DNA from: a virus | Virus record (IMG/VR): IMGVR_UViG_3300037246_001555 | Location: 23,490 to 87,489 of that record | Length of the DNA stretch: 64,000 nucleotides | Strand: one strand, 5' to 3' | Shown: piece by piece, positions 54,785 to 62,405 of the stretch | Layout of the letters: the number at the start of each line of letters is the position of its first letter | Numbering within the stretch: the stretch's first letter is position 1 | Notes under the pieces: model-generated | Seen by the model: the letters and a program-made list of their open reading frames with translations, nothing else | What the model was told of the DNA's origin: nothing | Databases searched by the model: none | Program-made: the position numbers and the translations under genes

Positions 54785-54805
54785 CTCTAGTAAATAATGC
54801 CGTTT
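54785..54805 (-). promoter_or_regulatory. Conserved promoter-like motif, copy 6, overlapping the primase 3' end
   Basis: AAACGGCATTATTTACTAGAG on minus; also encodes NGIIY-stop. Confidence 0.7.
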
Positions 54806-55728
54806 GCGCGAAGCTCGCGGCACTCTTCTCGGAAATCCAGCCAGCGGACTCCCTCGTCCGCGGCCTTCTTTACCAGTTTACACTTCTCCTCTACCCACTC
54901 AATGGGATAGTCATCGGGCTGCCCCAAGATTCTCCAACAGGCCGTCCTTACTCCTCGATCACTAAGTTTCTTGATCGCTCGATCACCTCCCATCTCGGCA
55001 CCCTCATCCCAGAGGACGGCAACACGTCTGACCCCTGACTCGGCAATAGCATCTGCTTGGGTGTCGGATACATTCGACCCGAACGTGGTTGAACAGTGCA
55101 TTCGACTTCGATAAGCGAGGGAGACGAAGGTGTTTTCAACCAAAGCGAGGTCTTCCCAGTCTCGACATTCTCCCCAACCGAGGATGTAGTGACTGGTTTT
55201 GGCTCCTTTACAATAAAGGTACTTAGGGCCATCATAACCAGGGAGAACACGAGAATTCCAGTTACACAAAACGCTACCGTCGCCATTAAAAATCGGTACA
55301 TATATTCTCTCTCCATCACACGTCAACCCCCAATTGAGGGTAACCGCGTCGTCAATGCCTCGGCCCCTAAGGTAGTCCAAGGCGGCTTGGTTAGTAGTCA
55401 TCAACTCCTGAATCATCAGGGTCAGGAGAGGCCAGCCCGGTAGCTTCACCTCTTTCAGTGCATGTTCAGCTTCCTGAGCCTCCCATTCTCCTCCCTGGTT
55501 CGGGGCAAATCCAAACACCTCGATCAGGTCACTGAGGAGTACCTTCGCGTGCCACTTACAGGAGGCTGAGTGACAGATTCCTACCTGCTTCTGGATGTTG
55601 AAATACAGCTTACTCCCGCTGCATTCCGGACACGTTGTTTGTACTTCATCCGGGGATGGCCTACTATCCACCCCCGATGTTCGATGCAGCCAGTCTAGGA
55701 CTGCTGATTTGGTGTAGTCACCCTTCAT
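54787..55728 (-). CDS. dnaG: DNA primase (zinc finger + TOPRIM)
   Basis: CPEC...CH..C, YL.GRGI, RI..PI, PKYL, LVE, LWD. Confidence 0.85.
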   Translation of the reverse strand: MKGDYTKSAVLDWLHRTSGVDSRPSPDEVQTTCPECSGSKLYFNIQKQVGICHSASCKWHAKVLLSDLIEVFGFAPNQGGEWEAQEAEHALKEVKLPGWPLLTLMIQELMTTNQAALDYLRGRGIDDAVTLNWGLTCDGERIYVPIFNGDGSVLCNWNSRVLPGYDGPKYLYCKGAKTSHYILGWGECRDWEDLALVENTFVSLAYRSRMHCSTTFGSNVSDTQADAIAESGVRRVAVLWDEGAEMGGDRAIKKLSDRGVRTACWRILGQPDDYPIEWVEEKCKLVKKAADEGVRWLDFREECRELRANGIIY

Positions 55729-56024
55729 CGTCTATTCCTTCGTCTCTTTGCTATCACACGTAGAGCCTCCGCGTAGCCCGACGTCTCATTTGCGGGCCGG
55801 ACGGCCTGGGCTTTGTCGCGAGCGCGAGTAACGTAGTCGGTCATAACGTGATGCTCACCTCCATTGTCTTCATGCTCAAGAACTGCGACAAGGTCCTCGC
55901 GTTTCTCATGCACATATAGCCTCCGAAGTCTAGCCCAATAGGCCTTAACGTTCGGCTGGTCTATTCTTACACGATCCCCGATATGCGGGATACGCCCCGA
56001 AACGTCTAGGAACCTATCTATCAT
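55725..56024 (-). CDS. Hypothetical protein (SH3/KOW-like start)
   Basis: IGDRVRI; coupled ORF. Confidence 0.5.
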   Translation of the reverse strand: MIDRFLDVSGRIPHIGDRVRIDQPNVKAYWARLRRLYVHEKREDLVAVLEHEDNGGEHHVMTDYVTRARDKAQAVRPANETSGYAEALRVIAKRRRNRR

Positions 56025-56030
56025 TCAAAC

Positions 56031-57452
56031 TCACGGCTTATTCTTCACTTGGTGCTGGCCCATAATCTTCTTCTTACCCTTAGGCTGCACGTCATCCGTA
56101 TCGGCGTCCTCGATCTCCTTGATGCCCTCAATCTCCTTGTCCGAGATGTGCATCCTAGAGAGGTCACATTCCATGACCATCTTCCGGCCCTCCATTGCCC
56201 CATGACGTGATTTCAATTCCGCGAACTCTAGTCCAATCTTCGGCTGGCCGGTAGCGTCGGTTACCTTCACTCGTTTGACTGCCACTAGCAAAGCGGCCTC
56301 CTGAAGGTGCTGAATCGAGCCCTGGGCTGAATCCATGCCTAGCTCCGCCTTGGCCCGCATGCCAGAACGGTTAGTCTGGATCGCGGTCCAGATCGAACAG
56401 TTGCGCCTCTTAGCCAACCACACCAGCTCCTTCGCTATCTGACCGTAGTACGTCCATGTGGCCCCCTTGTCCATTCGGATCACGGTGCTCATACGTTCTA
56501 TGTAATCTATCACCACCATATCAGGCCAAACGCCGTGCTCGTTCCTAACCCTCTTCATCACGTCCTCTACACCCTCGACCGTCTGACCGAGGTTAGCAGA
56601 GTAGATGAACAAACGCTTGCTAAGCATAGCCTGATAGCCCTGTAGCTTTTTGTATGCTTTGCTGGGCTCGTCTTGAATCTCGTTCATCGAGACGAACGAG
56701 AGTTCCCCCGTGACCGGGTCAACGGCGGGTTGTTGCATCCTGACAGCGAATCGTTCCGTTTGCTCGTTGGTGGTCATCTCGTTCGTGATGAACAGCACCG
56801 TTTGGTCTTCAATAGCCGCCGCATGGAAGGCGACGTTCATCAAACAGGCCGACTTACCGTGGCCGCTAGGCGCCATGATAATACCCATCTGAGGAGAGCG
56901 CAACCCCCCAGACCAAAGGTCGATGGGCTTCAGCCCCGTGCCGATCTTTGGCCTCTTGCCCTTCCACGGATGGTCGTCCACCATCTTGTCGAACGCCTCT
57001 TGGATGCTGAACAGCCCCTCATCATCCGATTCAGTGTGCTGAGCTAGCCAGGTTGACAGCTCCCCCTTCAGCGCGTCGGCTTGTCCGTTAGTGAGCATCT
57101 TCTGGAACCGCTGCTCGTGGATCAGATAGTGCAGTGACATGGCGGCTGCCGCTTCTTTAGCTTTGGCTACATTGTAACGTTGTGTGGCTGTATCGTATCC
57201 CTTGAGCTGTTCAATCGTTGTACGCCACCTCGCGTTGAACTTCTCCTTATCGCGCTCTTCCATGAACTGAGATAACGAGGGGATGCTGGGTGTGGTCGCT
57301 TGGCTGTCCATGTAATCAAACACGGCCTTGAGCACCGGCTTCAACTCAGCGTCCTTCAGCCAGTCAGGATTGAACACCTTCTTGACGTCGTGGGCGTCCT
57401 GCTCCCTAGAGCATAGAGCGGACACCATTGCGTACTCATTGAACTTCAGCAA
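56031..57452 (-). CDS. dnaB: Replicative DnaB-like helicase
   Basis: TG...D..SGG, APSGHGKS, IT.EM, VIDY, WTAIQ.NR, KSRHG. Confidence 0.92.
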   Translation of the reverse strand: MLKFNEYAMVSALCSREQDAHDVKKVFNPDWLKDAELKPVLKAVFDYMDSQATTPSIPSLSQFMEERDKEKFNARWRTTIEQLKGYDTATQRYNVAKAKEAAAAMSLHYLIHEQRFQKMLTNGQADALKGELSTWLAQHTESDDEGLFSIQEAFDKMVDDHPWKGKRPKIGTGLKPIDLWSGGLRSPQMGIIMAPSGHGKSACLMNVAFHAAAIEDQTVLFITNEMTTNEQTERFAVRMQQPAVDPVTGELSFVSMNEIQDEPSKAYKKLQGYQAMLSKRLFIYSANLGQTVEGVEDVMKRVRNEHGVWPDMVVIDYIERMSTVIRMDKGATWTYYGQIAKELVWLAKRRNCSIWTAIQTNRSGMRAKAELGMDSAQGSIQHLQEAALLVAVKRVKVTDATGQPKIGLEFAELKSRHGAMEGRKMVMECDLSRMHISDKEIEGIKEIEDADTDDVQPKGKKKIMGQHQVKNKP

Positions 57453-57697
57453 CTACTTCTCCTGTTCCATTTTTCAATGGCCCGCCGCTCACACCACATC
57501 TCGATGCTGTGTAGTGTATCAGGGATTCCTTTAGGATGCCTATCTGGGCTGGCTACTACAATCCTTCCTCCACACCCGCTTTCTTTTTCAAAGTCAAAGC
57601 ACCAAACTGCGCTAGTCATGAATCTATGCGGACCTACATAGGGGTTAGATTGGCCGCAGAACGGGCAGGGCTTCGGCTTCTGTCGTCGTTCACTCAT
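57446..57697 (-). CDS. Lar-like zinc-ribbon protein
   Basis: KPCPFCG...C...CG...AIEKWNRR. Confidence 0.75.
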   Translation of the reverse strand: MSERRQKPKPCPFCGQSNPYVGPHRFMTSAVWCFDFEKESGCGGRIVVASPDRHPKGIPDTLHSIEMWCERRAIEKWNRRSSC

Positions 57698-57947
57698 CTA
57701 CGTACCTAGCCAGACAGACGGTAATGAAAGTTTGAGCGCCCTGTATGAAGATCTCCACTTCTCGTTTGTTTTTAGACGCGAAACAAGCCCACCCGTCGTG
57801 ACGCTCTAGGCCCGGCCCTCTAACATCCCAATCTCCTTCATCGTCCCAATATGATCCCATCTCCCCGCTATACACCATATGAGTGGGCTCTTCTGTGCAC
57901 AAGCCTCCTCCGATATTTACCTTGGCCGCCCACAACTTCTTACCCAT
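57690..57947 (-). CDS. Hypothetical protein
   Basis: Coupled ORF. Confidence 0.5.
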   Translation of the reverse strand: MGKKLWAAKVNIGGGLCTEEPTHMVYSGEMGSYWDDEGDWDVRGPGLERHDGWACFASKNKREVEIFIQGAQTFITVCLARYVDE

Positions 57948-59466
57948 GAATCACCTCGAACTCCTGTTCTCTGTACACCGCTTCCCGTGCTTTGGAGTGC
58001 TTCTCCAACATAGTGTGGTGCGCGTCATAAAAGTCCACGATCTCCGCCACGCTCTTACCGCCAGCCTTACGCAGGGCCCGACCTACTCGTTGAATGGTCT
58101 TCACTTGCGACTTGCCGCCCGAAGCCAAGATCACCTTCCGTAGCTCCGGAACGTCTACCCCCTCATCGAAAATGGTCGTCGCTATGACAGCTTGAACAGA
58201 GCCGTCTCTCAACTGCCCAATCGCAGCACGTCGATCCTTAGCCGAGTCCCTTCCAGACAGAAATAATATGTCGTGACCCACTATCCTCTTGTGGGCGTCC
58301 TTGATGAAGTGGGCCTGCTCGATGGTCTTTACCAAGATCAACATAGGGTACGGCCCCTTAGCCACCTCATCTACGATCATATTGGTGCGGATCTCGTTGA
58401 ACTTGATTCCCTTCTCCTCAACCTTACGCCAGTACTCAGCCCGCGACTTGCTGGAGCGGGAGCCCTTCCAGTCCAGCGTCACAGCTATGGTGCCCTTGAC
58501 GCGCTTCATGACGACCCTGGGAGGGGTTAGATAGCCTAGGTCAATCAACTCCTTAGAGCTGATACGATATAACGCTTGACCTGTTACCGCCTCTAACAGC
58601 ATATTGTCGTACTGCGTCCTCATGAACGGCGTGGCTGTCAAGCCCCAGCGGTAGGGTACGTCAATGAAGTCGGAGACCTTGACGAACTGATTACCCCTGT
58701 CCATATTGGAAGCCATGAGGTGGCACTCATCAAAGAACGTCTGCTTGGTGCTGGACATGTAGGAGCTTAGTTTGTTTAGCCTATCGAGGTCCGCGGCTGA
58801 CGCTTCTAGCGCGCCGTCTCCATGCGCCTGTAAGATCCTATGAAAGGTTTGCATGGTGGCAACGGTGATGCCCTTATGGGGCTCAAACTTCCCGTCGCCT
58901 ATAACACCTACGGTGTGACCGTACTGCTCAAAGCGCTCCTTTGCTTGGATCAACAGATCCTTCCGATGAACAAGGAAGACGGTAGGCACGCGGTTCATCT
59001 CGTACATTGCGACCGCTATCTCGGTCTTGCCTGCGCCAGTAGCCAGAGCGAGCACGCCCCGAGGCCACCACCCGAACTCATTCTGGTTTCCAAAGGCGGC
59101 CTTTACCGCCTCGAATTGGTAGTCCCGCAATTTCACCTGTGTGGTCGTTAGGCTGGCCGAACGAGTCAGCGCCCGCGAGTCTAGGCCTACTTGCCAAGTC
59201 ACCCCACCTAAGTTCAATAGAGAGATGAGTCTCGGGACAAGGCCGCTGCGGATCTGAACACCCGCGTGTTGCTTGGTGGTAGGATCAATGTAGTCCTCCC
59301 ATAGCCGGGCTTTGCCGTCCCAAGCACCAGACTTGAACGAGTACAGGTACTCCGCCCCGGGCACCTCTACCTTCAAGCCCCGGTCCAGTATGTTCTTTAG
59401 CGGGCTGGCTCCCGCGTTGTCGTAGCGACACAGTGTCCATACGTTGTCAGGCTCAATGGTTATCAT
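57940..59466 (-). CDS. SF2 DEAD/DEAH helicase (UvsW-like)
   Basis: WDGK, LRDYQ, ATGAGKT, DECH, LTATP, EGVDVP, QRVGR.LR. Confidence 0.92.
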   Translation of the reverse strand: MITIEPDNVWTLCRYDNAGASPLKNILDRGLKVEVPGAEYLYSFKSGAWDGKARLWEDYIDPTTKQHAGVQIRSGLVPRLISLLNLGGVTWQVGLDSRALTRSASLTTTQVKLRDYQFEAVKAAFGNQNEFGWWPRGVLALATGAGKTEIAVAMYEMNRVPTVFLVHRKDLLIQAKERFEQYGHTVGVIGDGKFEPHKGITVATMQTFHRILQAHGDGALEASAADLDRLNKLSSYMSSTKQTFFDECHLMASNMDRGNQFVKVSDFIDVPYRWGLTATPFMRTQYDNMLLEAVTGQALYRISSKELIDLGYLTPPRVVMKRVKGTIAVTLDWKGSRSSKSRAEYWRKVEEKGIKFNEIRTNMIVDEVAKGPYPMLILVKTIEQAHFIKDAHKRIVGHDILFLSGRDSAKDRRAAIGQLRDGSVQAVIATTIFDEGVDVPELRKVILASGGKSQVKTIQRVGRALRKAGGKSVAEIVDFYDAHHTMLEKHSKAREAVYREQEFEVIHG

Positions 59467-59630
59467 GAAACTCCAAACTCAGTTAGAGGGAACATTGCTA
59501 ACCCCGTGCCGCAGCACGACCCGCAAAGGCCTCTGTACTCTATACCGTGGTCACTGTCCCTCCTCACAGGAGGCCAGTCTCGTCCTGAGCCGTTGCATTT
59601 GAAGCACAGTGCATCACTAAACTTCCTCAT
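59463..59630 (-). CDS. Zinc-finger microprotein, TEF family copy 5 (55 aa, not in ORF track)
   Basis: MRKFSDALCFKCNGSGRDWPPVRRDSDHGIEYRGLCGSCCGTGLAMFPLTEFGVS; ATGA overlap with the helicase. Confidence 0.8.
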   Translation of the reverse strand: MRKFSDALCFKCNGSGRDWPPVRRDSDHGIEYRGLCGSCCGTGLAMFPLTEFGVS

Positions 59631-59798
59631 CTAGCCAAACTCCGTGATAGCAATGGGCACTATCGACGTGCCATGACAGGCTTTACAACGGATGAGTCTA
59701 CGGGTGTCGCGGCTCCGTACTTCCGCCCACGTGGCACCGTCAGCCCATACCGTTCCCGTACCAATGCAAGAGTTGCAAATGAGATCAAGGTTGTTCAT
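59631..59798 (-). CDS. Zinc-finger microprotein, TEF family copy 4 (55 aa, not in ORF track)
   Basis: MNNLDLICNSCIGTGTVWADGATWAEVRSRDTRRLIRCKACHGTSIVPIAITEFG. Confidence 0.8.
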   Translation of the reverse strand: MNNLDLICNSCIGTGTVWADGATWAEVRSRDTRRLIRCKACHGTSIVPIAITEFG

Positions 59799-59804
59799 CT
59801 ATAT

Positions 59805-59987
59805 CTAACCAAACTCCGTGATAGCAATCGGCGTTATCGTCGTGCCGTGACAGGCTTCACACCGCACCGTGGGGGGCTCGCGCATACTGGCCCACCTATT
59901 CTTGTACCGCCATACCAACTCGCCCCTCAGACAAGTGTGACATACTAGATCTCGCCAACCTTTTGCAAAGCCCTCATTCGCCTCCAT
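59805..59987 (-). CDS. Zinc-finger microprotein, TEF family copy 3 (60 aa)
   Basis: MEANEGFAKGWRDLVCHTCLRG...RCEACHGTTITPIAITEFG. Confidence 0.8.
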   Translation of the reverse strand: MEANEGFAKGWRDLVCHTCLRGELVWRYKNRWASMREPPTVRCEACHGTTITPIAITEFG

Positions 59988-60255
59988 CCTCCTGCTCCTC
60001 CACCCGTAGTCGTTGTAGCCCCTTGATCGCCATACCAAAGGACCAGATGTTCAATAGGTTGTATGACCAGAGCCCCCAATATTGAGGGTCGTTCACCGAA
60101 ATGGTTACATTGATCAAAGTGTTAGCCACAGCCATGAGCAACATCAACCAGTAGACGGGCTTCAACGTGCCTTGAGCGACCCACCAATTCCTAGCAACGC
60201 CGCTAATGAGTACGAACGTCGCAGCCATGTTCACGATCCACGCCTCAGGGCTCAT
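59974..60255 (-). CDS. Small 3-TM membrane protein
   Basis: Start MSPEAW with GGAG RBS; three hydrophobic segments. Confidence 0.6.
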   Translation of the reverse strand: MSPEAWIVNMAATFVLISGVARNWWVAQGTLKPVYWLMLLMAVANTLINVTISVNDPQYWGLWSYNLLNIWSFGMAIKGLQRLRVEEQEDGGE

Positions 60256-60400
60256 CGTAGAACTCCGTAAGGGGAAACGGTTCCAGCCCGGTTGAGCAAC
60301 AACTTTTACACTCCCCACACCTACCCACCGCCGGAGCGATTATGCTGGTCCACCCGACAGAACCGCAGGCGTAGCACATATAGTGCTCATGATAGTCCAT
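60245..60400 (-). CDS. Zinc-finger microprotein, TEF family copy 2 (51 aa, not in ORF track)
   Basis: MDYHEHYMCYACGSVGWTSIIAPAVGRCGECKSCCSTGLEPFPLTEFYDEP. Confidence 0.8.
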   Translation of the reverse strand: MDYHEHYMCYACGSVGWTSIIAPAVGRCGECKSCCSTGLEPFPLTEFYDEP

Positions 60401-60530
60401 CGTAAAACTCCGTCAGAGGAATAGGCTCTCGAAAAGTCTCTGCGCAGGGGTTACAGTATTTATTGAACCCGTTTCTCAGACAGGCTTGACACGCTATGAT
60501 CCATAAGCTTAGTTGAGGGTCAGGGATCAC
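60387..60530 (-). CDS. Zinc-finger microprotein, TEF family copy 1 (47 aa, not in ORF track)
   Basis: (M)IPDPQLSLWIIACQACLRNGFNKYCNPCAETFREPIPLTEFYDGLS; GTGA overlap and AAGGAG RBS. Confidence 0.75.
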   Translation of the reverse strand: MIPDPQLSLWIIACQACLRNGFNKYCNPCAETFREPIPLTEFYDGLS

Positions 60531-61180
60531 AAAATCTCCTTGGTCCACGTACCCCAGCAAATAGCGTGGTCCTTCACGCTCAGTTCACTTCGTGTGACCT
60601 CAATCGCCGCCGCCACTCCTTGGTGCTCAATGATCCTAGCGATACGGTAGAGTCGAAGCCCGTGCTCCCACCAATGCACCATCACCACTCGCTCGGTCAT
60701 GACGGACAAGTCTCGCGTCTCACGAAGCCTAGGGTCCAACGTCTTCTGATCAATGACGGGGTAGTCGGTCGTCTCGATTACCAGATTGAACTTACCTGCC
60801 GCGGCTTGCATGGCGGCGCTGTCCGCGCCGTGGGGCGTCACCCACCTGATGGGGAGAACCCCTAGGTTCTTCTTGAACCAGACCATCGACTTATCCAAGT
60901 GCTCTTCCACCTCAGCTTGTGAGCGAGGGGCGTAGGGCCCATGATCCCAGCCGTGCAGGTCCGGGTAGATGACCTCCTCCTCGGTCATTTCCCTTAGCAG
61001 CTTGATCCCGTCGGGGAACTCTTCGATATCTTGACACAGGATAGCCGGAGTTAACAGCACCCCTGTATTGACGCACCAGTTGACGTTCTTGAAGAACTTC
61101 TGAACCTCTTTCCCGCGCAGCTTGGGATCACTGGAGTTGGTGATGGCGTCATCGAATCTGATTCTAGTGGGTCTGATCAT
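60527..61180 (-). CDS. Polysaccharide deacetylase-like (CE4/NodB fold)
   Basis: RFDD, LHGWDH, VTPHG, MVHWWE. Confidence 0.7.
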   Translation of the reverse strand: MIRPTRIRFDDAITNSSDPKLRGKEVQKFFKNVNWCVNTGVLLTPAILCQDIEEFPDGIKLLREMTEEEVIYPDLHGWDHGPYAPRSQAEVEEHLDKSMVWFKKNLGVLPIRWVTPHGADSAAMQAAAGKFNLVIETTDYPVIDQKTLDPRLRETRDLSVMTERVVMVHWWEHGLRLYRIARIIEHQGVAAAIEVTRSELSVKDHAICWGTWTKEIL

Positions 61181-61185
61181 AGCGC

Positions 61186-61428
61186 TTACTTCTTATCGCC
61201 TCTTACGTCGTAGTCCTTGATGAACATGTAACGCCCTCGCATCTCGACCACGTCGTTGATGTTCTCCCGAAGAACCTTCAACTCCTCGATCTTGAAGGGG
61301 CCCGCCAGCTTACCTGAAACAGACAGAAGGAACTCTCGGGTCTCAGTGTTGAAGGACACCACGGTATTGCCGTTGTGGTCGTCTCGTACCGCCACGGGCA
61401 TGAAGCCCTCGGTTAGGTTGTCTATCAT
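61186..61428 (-). CDS. Hypothetical protein
   Basis: Coupled ORF with GGAGG RBS. Confidence 0.5.
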   Translation of the reverse strand: MIDNLTEGFMPVAVRDDHNGNTVVSFNTETREFLLSVSGKLAGPFKIEELKVLRENINDVVEMRGRYMFIKDYDVRGDKK

Positions 61429-61673
61429 GACCGTGTATTCGCCTCCTTGATCCGTCCATCATCTCTTACATCGGAGAAGCTGCCGCCAGCGTACCTGTAG
61501 AAGGTACCGTCATGCTTGATGCTAAGGATGTACTTACTCGTACCTCCACTATCATCTAGCTGCACCAAATCCACGTCATCGGATTTGGATTCGGATGGTT
61601 TTAGAGCAAGCCGAATGGGCGTTGCTTCTTGCTCCACCGGAGTATCGCCCAAAATGAATCTGAACTTTGTCAT
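61425..61673 (-). CDS. Hypothetical protein
   Basis: GGGAG RBS. Confidence 0.5.
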   Translation of the reverse strand: MTKFRFILGDTPVEQEATPIRLALKPSESKSDDVDLVQLDDSGGTSKYILSIKHDGTFYRYAGGSFSDVRDDGRIKEANTRS

Positions 61674-61686
61674 TATCGTCTCCCTT

Positions 61687-61944
61687 TTAGATGGACACTA
61701 GGCCTAGCGTGAAAATTCTCACGATGGCCTTAGCTGTCCCGTTAATGATGGCTTCCCAACCCGAGAAGGCATCTGTTTCAAGATAGGTGCACCGCTCCAC
61801 CGTACCGTCCTCGCGGAAGGTACAGTCCTCCACCGAGGCAATCCCCAGCGTGCTGTACTGTGCCCCGTCCGGAAGCCTGACCATAGCACACCCTGAGAGC
61901 AGTAGGCAGGCTACGATTACACAGATGAGCTGTCGGGTGTTCAT
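61687..61944 (-). CDS. Putative lipoprotein
   Basis: Lipobox LLSG-C after a hydrophobic signal. Confidence 0.65.
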   Translation of the reverse strand: MNTRQLICVIVACLLLSGCAMVRLPDGAQYSTLGIASVEDCTFREDGTVERCTYLETDAFSGWEAIINGTAKAIVRIFTLGLVSI

Positions 61945-62405
61945 GTCTTCTCCTCAAACGAGATGTGCGCCCATGTTCTACCTCTATACGCCTTACTGGC
62001 CGTAGTGCGATCTACCCCAACCATTTCGCCTATCTCCCCCCAAGTTAGACCTTTTTCCCGTAACTTGCGAATGTTCACTACTTTCTTCTCTGTCAGTTTA
62101 GATAGTCCTTGTAGCTCCCCTCGCGCTATTCTACCCTTCTCACGGCAGTCGTGAATGTTGTCTCTGTACGTGCCTACAAAAAGGTGTTTCGGGTTAACGC
62201 ATTTTCGGTTATCACAAGTATGACAGATCAGGAGCCCATAAGGAATTGGTCGTTCGTGCGTCAACTCCCAAGAGGCTCTGTGCGCCCGAACATTTTTTCC
62301 GTTGAGCCAGAAGCAGCCGTAACCATCGGGCCAAACGTAAGCAGTCCAAACCCAGCATAAGTCCGGATCATCCATTTTGTCCACCTTACTCCAGAATCTA
62401 AACAA
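61941..62405 (-). CDS. HNH homing endonuclease with C-terminal HTH
   Basis: RFWSKVDK..CW.W, AHR.SW, CH.CDN..CVNP.HL; probable TTG start at 62405 (track ORF begins at 62549). Confidence 0.88.
   Translation of the reverse strand: MFRFWSKVDKMDDPDLCWVWTAYVWPDGYGCFWLNGKNVRAHRASWELTHERPIPYGLLICHTCDNRKCVNPKHLFVGTYRDNIHDCREKGRIARGELQGLSKLTEKKVVNIRKLREKGLTWGEIGEMVGVDRTTASKAYRGRTWAHISFEEKT

Noticed and set aside
59631-59864. Near-identical 60-nt pair as a DGR template/variable repeat
   Set aside because: The 8 mismatches are not confined to adenines of one copy, both copies are coding 3' ends of paralogs, and there is no reverse transcriptase in the window.
60486-60500. Sigma70 promoter TTGACA...TATGAT
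   Set aside because: The spacing is only 3 nt, and it lies antisense within TEF microprotein copy 1.
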